Assembly: GCA_045863395.1 (NCBI GenBank)
Contig: BTVJ01000058.1
Span: 1-46,626, forward strand
Length of the DNA: 46,626 nucleotides
Direction of reading: 5' to 3'
Source of the DNA: Myxococcales bacterium
Lineage (GTDB): Bacteria > Myxococcota_A > UBA9042 > JABWCM01 > BTVJ01
In this document: one piece after another, positions 9,569 to 16,525 of the stretch
Position numbering within the stretch: position 1 is the first letter of the stretch
Layout of the letters: every line of letters starts with the position of its first letter
Notes under the pieces: generated by a model
Database searches by the model: none
What the model was told of the DNA's origin: nothing
Seen by the model: the letters and a program-made list of their open reading frames with translations, nothing else
Position numbers and translations under genes: made by a program

Positions 9569-9990
9569 TCGGAGGGGCAGCCGCAGTCGCCCGTAAGCCG
9601 AGTTCTGTCCCCCGCGTCGGTTGCCCTCCGCGGGGTGATGGCCATTCGTCTGGGAGCCGCGTTGCCGCGACCCTCGAGCGATCATACCCGGGAGCTCGGG
9701 CGGGCCGCCCTCTCCGGACCCGAAGGTCCGGGCGCTCCTCTATTCGATCTTGCTCCGGGTGGGGTTTGCCGCGCGCGACCGTCGCCGGCCGCGGCCGTGA
9801 GCTCTTGCCTCACGCTTTCACCGTGACGCGCCGGCCTCTCGCGAGGCGGGCACGCCGACTGCTCTCTGTGGCACTTTCCTTGGGGTTGCCCCCACTGGAC
9901 GTTATCCAGCACCCTGCCCTGTGGAGCTCGGACTTTCCTCCAGCGCTCGCGCGCCAGCGGCCATCTGTTCGGCTGCGGCTGCCCCTCCGA
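9569..9990 (-). ncRNA. rnpB: Ribonuclease P RNA, bacterial type A
   Basis: Minus strand has GAGGAAAGTCCGAGCTCCACAGGGCAGGGTGC, GGAAAGTGCCACAGA, GGTGAAAG, GGCAAACCCCACCCGGAGCAAGA and ACAGAACTCGGCTTA. Ends are complementary (P1). The mature core is probably ~9583-9976. Confidence 0.97.
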
Positions 9991-10037
9991 GGGAACGAAC
10001 CGGATCATTCACCATGATGTCATCGGGCCCTGGCGCC

Positions 10038-10781
10038 TCACCCGGCGGACGCCTGCGGGGCCGCCGGATCCCTGTGCTGCTCCACGAACATGAAGCGTTG
10101 GCACGACGGGCAGTTCAGGATCGTCTCGAACTTGAGCAGCTCGATGAGCATCTGTGGGGGGACCCGCCGGTTGCACCCGAGGCAGGTTCCGTCCCTGCTC
10201 ACCTCGACGACACCCACGCCGTTGCGGGCGGCGACGATGCGCTCGTAGCGGCGGACGACCTGGACGGAGAGGCGCTTCCGGCCCTCCTCCTTGCGGGCGT
10301 CGATCTCGCCGATGCGGCTCTCCAGCTCGCTCAGCTTCTCGGCGTTGGTGTCCTCCTCCTGCTTCAGCTCGGCGCGGAGCTCGTCGAGCTTGGCCTGCTC
10401 GGTAGCGATGCTGACCTTGAACTCCTCGATGGCATCGAGGAGCTTGAGGATCTCTTCCTCCTTCTGCTGGTTGGACTTGCGGAGGAACTCGATCTCCTTC
10501 TGCGCCGCCACGAACTCCTTGGACTTGGCGATGGCGGACAGCTTGCTCTTGGCCGACTTGACGCGCTCCACGTCGTCCTTGAGCTCGGTGTTCTTCTCGC
10601 GGTACCACTTCTCGGCCTCCGCGAGCTTCTTGCGCTTGTCCTCCATCGCCTCCTCGCCCCGGGCGAGGATCTCTCTCAGGCGCTCGAGCCGCGCTCGCAG
10701 TGCGTCGCGGGCATCCGAGTACACGCGGATCTCGGTGTCCGCCGCCTGAAGGGTCTTCAGTGCATCGAGCGTGTCCTTCAA
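10038..10781 (-). CDS. C4-type zinc-ribbon coiled-coil protein (DUF164 / HP0958 / CT398 family)
   Basis: TTG start after GGAGG gives LKDTLDALKTLQAADTEI; long coiled coil; C-terminal CLGCNRRVPPQ..CPSCQRFM. Confidence 0.9.
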   Translation of the reverse strand: MKDTLDALKTLQAADTEIRVYSDARDALRARLERLREILARGEEAMEDKRKKLAEAEKWYREKNTELKDDVERVKSAKSKLSAIAKSKEFVAAQKEIEFLRKSNQQKEEEILKLLDAIEEFKVSIATEQAKLDELRAELKQEEDTNAEKLSELESRIGEIDARKEEGRKRLSVQVVRRYERIVAARNGVGVVEVSRDGTCLGCNRRVPPQMLIELLKFETILNCPSCQRFMFVEQHRDPAAPQASAG

Positions 10782-11032
10782 ATCAGGCCTCCGTGAGCTG
10801 TCACTGGCCGCCCGTGCGCGTGGCGCCGCGCAGAGTGTCGACCCCTGAAACGGGAAACGGCGCCAGAGATCTGGCGCCGTTCCATCGTCCACCCCGGTGT
10901 TGCGCAGCCACTGCGCAACCCCTGGCCTTCGTTGCATGCCTCTCCGGTCATCCTTCACACCGCGAGTGCCCGCCAGCGCCGGCCCGCCATTCCGTCCTGC
11001 CTGTCGCCCCGTGGATGGAGCGATCTCGACTC

Positions 11033-11104
11033 TGGGCCCACCTGGATTCGAACCAGGGACGTGACGGTTATGAGCCGCCGGCTCTACCGCTGAGCTACAG
11101 GCCC
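11033..11104 (-). tRNA. tRNA with CAT anticodon, most likely tRNA-Ile2 (lysidine-modified); CCA not encoded
   Basis: GGGCCTGTAGCTCAGCGGTAGAGCCGGCGGCTCATAACCGTCACGTCCCTGGTTCGAATCCAGGTGGGCCCA folds as a cloverleaf. The GGGCC acceptor stem is typical of Ile2, and initiator features (C1 mismatch, 3 G-C anticodon pairs) are absent. Confidence 0.93.
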
Positions 11105-11128
11105 ACTTGGCTCTTTCGAGCGGCACGT

Positions 11129-11157
11129 ATCCTATGACCGCGGAACCGCAAGGTCAA
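11129..11157 (-). promoter_or_regulatory. Putative sigma70 promoter for the tRNA (and downstream zinc-ribbon/rnpB region)
   Basis: Minus strand TTGACC-N17-TAGGAT, about 25 nt upstream of the tRNA 5' end. Confidence 0.6.
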
Positions 11158-12097
11158 GCTCCATGTCCTGCGCGGGCCCCAAGGTACGCCACTGGGGGCC
11201 GTGGCAGTCGGACTTGAACGGACAGCGGACGCACTCCGCCACGTCGTCCGTCCGCGGGAACGCGTCCTCGTCTGCGACATTGCGCGCAGGGTCGCGCAGC
11301 GCGGCCTTCATCTCCGCGATGCTGGCCCGCATCGCCTGCTGCACGTCGACGAGCCGGGCCTCGTCGATGCGCCGCTCGTGCCCCTTGGCCAGCCCCAGGT
11401 TGTACTCGATCGTCAGCACCTCGTCCGGCGTCGCCCCCCACCTCAGTGTGGCGAACAGGGCGTAGCAGGCGAGCTGCACCGGGTCGGGCTCGTCGGCCCA
11501 GTGCCCCGTCTTCCAGTCGACGATGCACACGGTGCCGTCCGCGCGACGCCAGGCCACGTCCGGCACCACCCAGACCTTCGTCCCCTCGAAGTCGAAGCTC
11601 TCCATGCCCTCGACGGACAGCCACGCGTCGCGAGGGATCCCCGCCAGCTCTGCTGGGAAGGGAGAGGCGTAGAAGGCGCTCAGGCAGGCCGCGACCTTGT
11701 CGCGAACGGCCCTCCACTCCTCGTCGGGGAGCTCCTCGCCGTAGTAGAGCTCGAAGAGATCCGTGGTCCCCTTGCGGCCCCAGCGGCCGGCGCGCCCGCT
11801 CCGGTAGTCGTCACGGAGCTGGCGCAGCGCCTCCTCCTGGGCCTGCTCCTCCGGCGGGAGGCACCCGGCACGGAGCCCCAGGAGCGCCTCCTCGATGGTG
11901 TCGTGCACGACGGTGCCCGCCCACATCCAGCGGCTCTTGAGCTTCTTCAGGAGGTAGATGCGCCGCGTCCGCTCGTCGGCGTCGCGATCCCAGCCGTTCC
12001 AGGACCCGTAGTAGTTGTACCAGTACTTGCGACCGCAGGTGCGGAACATGGAGTCCCGGGAGCGGGACCAGGTGAGCTCGTTCACGAGGCGACCCAT
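11132..12097 (-). CDS. PD-(D/E)XK nuclease, AddB/Cas4-like with putative Fe-S cysteines
   Basis: WSRSR..TCGRKYWY, GTVVHDTIE, PDVAW..IVDWKTG, QLACYA, CVRCPFKSDC (1+3 Cys arrangement). Confidence 0.85.
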   Translation of the reverse strand: MGRLVNELTWSRSRDSMFRTCGRKYWYNYYGSWNGWDRDADERTRRIYLLKKLKSRWMWAGTVVHDTIEEALLGLRAGCLPPEEQAQEEALRQLRDDYRSGRAGRWGRKGTTDLFELYYGEELPDEEWRAVRDKVAACLSAFYASPFPAELAGIPRDAWLSVEGMESFDFEGTKVWVVPDVAWRRADGTVCIVDWKTGHWADEPDPVQLACYALFATLRWGATPDEVLTIEYNLGLAKGHERRIDEARLVDVQQAMRASIAEMKAALRDPARNVADEDAFPRTDDVAECVRCPFKSDCHGPQWRTLGPAQDMELDLAVPRS

Positions 12098-12173
12098 GGC
12101 CTGCACCATAGATCGCGCCGCTGCGAAACAGCAAGCACCTTGACGCGGCCGCTCCCGTCGGCAGGATGGGTCC

Positions 12174-12950
12174 ATGGCTCGCCCCACCACCCTCCGGTAC
12201 CGCTGCGGCTCCTGCGACAACCTGCTGGCGGCGCCCTCGCGCTGGTCCGGGCGCTCGGCAGTCTGTCCGCGGTGTGACGCCACCCAGGTCGTGCCCACCC
12301 AGGACGATCCCCTGGCCGCTCGCCCCGTGGCCGGGAGCGCCCCCACCGTCGCGGGCCCGTCCCTCACGGAGCTCGTGCGCATCGCCCCGGGGCCGGCGCC
12401 GCGGCGATCCCGCCGCGCCTGGATCTGGGCGATCCTCCTCCTTGGCATCGGCGCGACGGCCTTCGCCGGCTGGCACGTCTGGCGGACGCGCTTCGCCCCG
12501 GAGGCCGTGGCCCGCCGCAACGCCGTCTCGTCGCAAGGGCGCGTCGCCTGGCCCCGCCTGGCCAAGCTGGAGAAGAACAACGCCCGGAACCCGACCGACC
12601 GGCGCGCGGCGCGGCGCCTCGCCGCCGCCTACGAGCGGGTCATCGAGGACGCGGGTCCGCGGGGCGCCAAGGGGATCGTCGGCGTCTACAACAACGCCGC
12701 GTGGCTGTACGCGACGACCCCGGTCGAGTCGGTCCGGGACGTGAAGCGGGCCCTCCGGTACGCGGAGACGGCGGTCCAGCTCTCCGGCGGCGAGGAGGCG
12801 GTGTTCCTGGACACCCTGGCCGAGGCGCTCCATCGGAACGGTCAAGTGGCAGAGGCCGTGCGGGTCGCGGAGAAGGCCGTGGCGCTGCGCCCCGACCTGG
12901 ACGACCTTCGCGAGCACCTGGAGACGTACAAGGCGGCCCTCCCCCCTTGA
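12174..12950 (+). CDS. Zinc-ribbon / single TM / TPR protein
   Basis: CGSC..CPRC at the N-terminus; TM WIWAILLLGIGATAFAGW; TPR-like NNAAWLYAT..LDTLAEALHRNG..AEKAVALRPD. Confidence 0.75.
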   Translation: MARPTTLRYRCGSCDNLLAAPSRWSGRSAVCPRCDATQVVPTQDDPLAARPVAGSAPTVAGPSLTELVRIAPGPAPRRSRRAWIWAILLLGIGATAFAGWHVWRTRFAPEAVARRNAVSSQGRVAWPRLAKLEKNNARNPTDRRAARRLAAAYERVIEDAGPRGAKGIVGVYNNAAWLYATTPVESVRDVKRALRYAETAVQLSGGEEAVFLDTLAEALHRNGQVAEAVRVAEKAVALRPDLDDLREHLETYKAALPP

Positions 12951-12998
12951 CACGTCAACCCGCCGCCGCGTCGCCCCGTTGGTCGAGCCCCCTTGCGG

Positions 12999-13027
12999 TT
13001 GCCACCCAGGCGCCCCGCCGGTATCCT
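12999..13027 (+). promoter_or_regulatory. Putative sigma70 promoter of the ATPase-helicase operon
   Basis: TTGCCA-N17-TATCCT, followed by GGGAGG and TTG at 13057. Confidence 0.5.
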
Positions 13028-13056
13028 GCCGTGCCACCACCACCCGGGAGGGACCG

Positions 13057-13911
13057 TTGGGCACCGACACCAAGGCCGTAATCAAGCACGTCGAGGGCCT
13101 GGCCTCGGCGTTCAAGGACCTCGCCGCCGCCGCCCGCCAGCTCGCGAAGCTGGACCCCGAGCTGGAGCGCAACGTGTGGGTGGCCGACGCGGCGCTCGTC
13201 TCCGCGGAGAAGGCGCTGTCCACCGTGGGCGCCGTCGTGCCCCTGGCGGACGCGCGAGCCTGGGTGGGCGTTCTGCGCCAGCGGGTCGACGCGCTCAAGG
13301 ATCGGGCGCGCTCCCAGACCGCGGCTGCCCTGTCCCGGGAGCTGGCGGCGTTGGGCCTGGGCCTGGAGGGGACCATCCCGGAGCTCCGCTGCGGCGTGCT
13401 CACCCTGGAGCTGGTCTTCGAGCGCGCAGAGGTGCGGATCCACTTCGGGCCGCGCATCGCCCAGCTCGCCAAGGCGCCGCTCGACGCCAAGGAGGCGGCG
13501 GCCGCGGTCAAGGCGGCCCTGGACGCCCTGTCGCCGGCCCCGCTGGACGAGCCTGCGTACATCGCGGAGGTCCACGGGGCGTGGCGCCGGGCGTGCCTCC
13601 TCGGCGGCCAGGACACCGCCACCGGCGCGACGGTCCCCATCGTCGCCGTGCTCGATCAGATGGCGTGGGGTCGCCAGAGCGCCCGGTTCCGCGCCAACCC
13701 CACGCGCGAGAGCTTCGAGGGCTACGGGCGCGTGCAGCTCGCGTGGGATCTCTACCGCCTGTCGCTCCGCACGCACGGGGACCTGGAGCTCAAGCTGACC
13801 GTCGCCACCCGAGAGCAGACCCGCTCCGAGGCCGAGAACCTGTGGGTCCCGCGCACGGCCCGGGGGGAGGGCACCCACTTCGCAGGCGTGGCCTTCCGGA
13901 GGACCGCATGA
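13057..13911 (+). CDS. Hypothetical protein, first gene of the ATPase-ATPase-helicase operon
   Basis: TTG start with GGGAGG RBS; 284 aa; helical N-terminus; stop overlaps the next ATG (ATGA). No recognised domain. Confidence 0.75.
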   Translation: MGTDTKAVIKHVEGLASAFKDLAAAARQLAKLDPELERNVWVADAALVSAEKALSTVGAVVPLADARAWVGVLRQRVDALKDRARSQTAAALSRELAALGLGLEGTIPELRCGVLTLELVFERAEVRIHFGPRIAQLAKAPLDAKEAAAAVKAALDALSPAPLDEPAYIAEVHGAWRRACLLGGQDTATGATVPIVAVLDQMAWGRQSARFRANPTRESFEGYGRVQLAWDLYRLSLRTHGDLELKLTVATREQTRSEAENLWVPRTARGEGTHFAGVAFRRTA

Positions 13912-15170
13912 CGGTGCCCATCGAGCGCCCCCTCGCGCGCCGCATCATCGAGACCGTCGGCGCCTACGGGGCGCCGCCCGAGTGGGGCTTCCAGCTCTTC
14001 AGCGCCGGCATCGGCCCCTACCTGGACGTCCTCGACAAGGACTACCTGGGCGACTTCATCGCCGGGGGCGGGGCCTCCTTCAAGCTCGTGGTGGGGGCCT
14101 ACGGCGGCGGCAAGACCCACTTCTTGTATTCGGTGCGGGAGCTGGCGTGGCGCCACCGTTACGCGGTCGCCTACGTGCCCCTGTCCGCGGAGGAGAGCCC
14201 GCTGCATCGACTGGAATTGGTCTACCGCGCCATCGTGCAGAGCCTGACGCCGCCGCTGGAGCCCGAGGAGCTGTTTCGCGGGGCGGAGCGCGGCTTCGAC
14301 GCCTTCTTGAAGAGCTGGCTCGCGGAGACAAGGGCTCGCCTGGCCGCCGAGGGGCTGACCGGGACGGAGCTCAAGGCCGCGCTGCTCGCCGAGGCGGGGC
14401 GCAGCCTGGACGAGGTGGAGAGCGTCAACTTCTGCCAGGCGGTGCGCCACCTGGTCGAGGCGCTCGTCGAGGGCCGCGACGACGATGCCCTGAACGTCCT
14501 CCAGTGGATCACGGTGCAGGGCTACGACCGCATGACCCACAAGCAGTATGGCATCCTGCACCCGGTGGACCGCAGCCACGCCTTCTCGATGATCCGCTCG
14601 CTGGTCCGGTGGGTGCGGAACCTGGGCTACACGGGCCTCGCCATTCTCTTCGACGAGGCGGAGCAGGTGCCGAGCCTGTCGAGCAAGCAGCGCGAGATCA
14701 TGCTCTCCAACCTGCGCGAGATCGTCGACGAGTGCGGCCACGCGGCCTTCCGCAACGTGCTGATCCTGTACGCCATCCCCGACATGGGCTTCTTCGAGGG
14801 GCGCTCCAACGTGTACGAGGCGCTCAAGCAGCGCATCTCGACCGTCTTCGACTTCGTCAACCCCACTGGCGTGCGCATCGACCTGGAGCGGGTCATGGGT
14901 GGGGAGCCGGTCGCGCTCCTGCGAGAGATCGGCCAGCGCCTCGCGGACATCTTTCAGGCTGCGTTCGCCGTGACGCTCGCGGAGGATCGGGTCGCCCTGG
15001 CCCTGCGCCTGGTCGCCGAGGCCGCCTACGAGCAGCGCTTCGGGGACATCGGGTACAAGCGCGTCTTCGTCCAGGGTGCGGTCCGGGCGCTCCACAGCCT
15101 GCGCGCCCTTCCCGATCTGCGCCCGGATGAGGCGTGGGCGGCGGGCATCGTCGCGGGGGCGCCGGCGTGA
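13908..15170 (+). CDS. P-loop ATPase, DUF2791 / BrxD / Shango SngB-like
   Basis: ASFKLVVGAYGGGKTHFL (Walker A); GYTGLAILFDEAE (Walker B); ELVYRAIV motif; ATG 13908 after GGAGG. Confidence 0.8.
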   Translation: MTVPIERPLARRIIETVGAYGAPPEWGFQLFSAGIGPYLDVLDKDYLGDFIAGGGASFKLVVGAYGGGKTHFLYSVRELAWRHRYAVAYVPLSAEESPLHRLELVYRAIVQSLTPPLEPEELFRGAERGFDAFLKSWLAETRARLAAEGLTGTELKAALLAEAGRSLDEVESVNFCQAVRHLVEALVEGRDDDALNVLQWITVQGYDRMTHKQYGILHPVDRSHAFSMIRSLVRWVRNLGYTGLAILFDEAEQVPSLSSKQREIMLSNLREIVDECGHAAFRNVLILYAIPDMGFFEGRSNVYEALKQRISTVFDFVNPTGVRIDLERVMGGEPVALLREIGQRLADIFQAAFAVTLAEDRVALALRLVAEAAYEQRFGDIGYKRVFVQGAVRALHSLRALPDLRPDEAWAAGIVAGAPA

Positions 15171-16525
15171 GCCTCCGCCGCGGCTCCCAGGTGATGCACC
15201 CACGGTGGCACCGCGGCGTCGTGGTGGACACGCGCCACAAGGGCTTCGACGTGCTGGTGCGCTTCGGGAGCGAGTCGGTGTGGGTCCGCGCCTCGGAGCT
15301 CCGCGCCGAAGCGGAGCCCGAGGTGCCGCCCGAGCAGCTCGCCCGCGCCCGCGCCGCGCGCATGGACCGGGAGCGGCGGGACAACCCCGGGCGTCTCCAG
15401 GACCTGAGGGGACTCTTCGAGGCGCTCCGGTTGGGCATCGTGCCCCACGGCGCCATCGTGGACTGGACCTTCGGCCGGGACCGGGAGGTGAGCGCGATAC
15501 AAGGGTGGCTCGCGGACCAGGCCTACGGGTCCCTGGTGCTGGAGGGCGCCTACGGGAGCGGCAAGACCCACCTCCTCGAGGTGCTCTACGCCAAGGCCAT
15601 CGCGATGGGCTACGCGGTGACCCGCGTGGGCTTCGACCCCACTGAGGCTCCGGCCGCCTTCCCGAAGCGGGTGTACCGCCGCATCGTCCGGGAGGTGAGG
15701 GTCCCCGTCGGTGGTCGCGTCCTCGGGTTCCGCGAGGCGCTGCGGGAGGCCGCGTCGAGCGATGCGGTCCGCGGTCACCCGGTGCTCGGGCCCGCCCTGG
15801 AGCGTATTCGTAGCGGGAAGATGACCGCGAAGAGCTGGGAGGCGCTGGAGGGGCGCGACAGCGGCGCGGACGACGTCAGCGGGCTCCACGACTACACCAC
15901 GACCGCCAACATCTACTGCAACATCCTGTCGGGGCTCGGGAACCTGTTCGTGCAGGCCCACGGCGCGCTCGGCTTCCTCGTGCTCCTCGACGAGGTGGAG
16001 ACCGCCCAGACCTGGCAGTACCACTACCAGTGGAGCCGCGGCATCAACCTGTTCCACGGGCTGTCCTTGACCGCCAACGACCACCCGGAGCTGCTGGACG
16101 AGGCCGTCGTGAAGCGCAAGGACGGCTACCGTGGAGCAGAGACGGGCCTCGTCTATTCGGGGCACAACCGGGTGCCCTACCTGTGGTCGCTGCCCAGCTA
16201 TCTGAAGGTCGTGTTCGCGATCACCCCTGGGGCGTTCACGAAGCGCTTCCTCGACTGGCACCCGGAGCAGCCGGTCCTGACCCTGTCCACGCTGCCGTCG
16301 GACAGCGTGGGCCAGCTCTTCGAGCGTCTGGCCGACGCCTATGAGCTGGTCCACGGGCTCTCTGTGGACCGCCCGGGCCGCGACCTGCTGCTGTCGCTCG
16401 CCAGGCGAAGGTCCCAGGACGGCACGACGCGTGTGACCATCAAGGCGATGATCGAGGCGCTGGACTTTCTGCGCTTCCACCCCGGGCGGCCCGCGAAGGA
16501 CCTGCTCGACGAGCCCGCGTGGTAG
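15167..16525 (+). CDS. Second DUF2791 / BrxD-like P-loop ATPase with small N-terminal SH3/Tudor-like domain
   Basis: FEALRLGIVP..GRDREV, LEGAYGSGKTHLL, GFLVLLDEVE. N-terminal VMHPRWHRGVVV..VLVRF. GTGA overlap with the previous gene. Confidence 0.8.
   Translation: MSLRRGSQVMHPRWHRGVVVDTRHKGFDVLVRFGSESVWVRASELRAEAEPEVPPEQLARARAARMDRERRDNPGRLQDLRGLFEALRLGIVPHGAIVDWTFGRDREVSAIQGWLADQAYGSLVLEGAYGSGKTHLLEVLYAKAIAMGYAVTRVGFDPTEAPAAFPKRVYRRIVREVRVPVGGRVLGFREALREAASSDAVRGHPVLGPALERIRSGKMTAKSWEALEGRDSGADDVSGLHDYTTTANIYCNILSGLGNLFVQAHGALGFLVLLDEVETAQTWQYHYQWSRGINLFHGLSLTANDHPELLDEAVVKRKDGYRGAETGLVYSGHNRVPYLWSLPSYLKVVFAITPGAFTKRFLDWHPEQPVLTLSTLPSDSVGQLFERLADAYELVHGLSVDRPGRDLLLSLARRRSQDGTTRVTIKAMIEALDFLRFHPGRPAKDLLDEPAW

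Noticed and set aside
9682..10008. ORFs overlapping the RNase P RNA
   Set aside because: The region is fully explained by conserved rnpB motifs.
10782..11126. N-terminal extension of the zinc-ribbon ORF to 11126
   Set aside because: It runs through the tRNA; the RBS-supported TTG at 10781 matches the family start.
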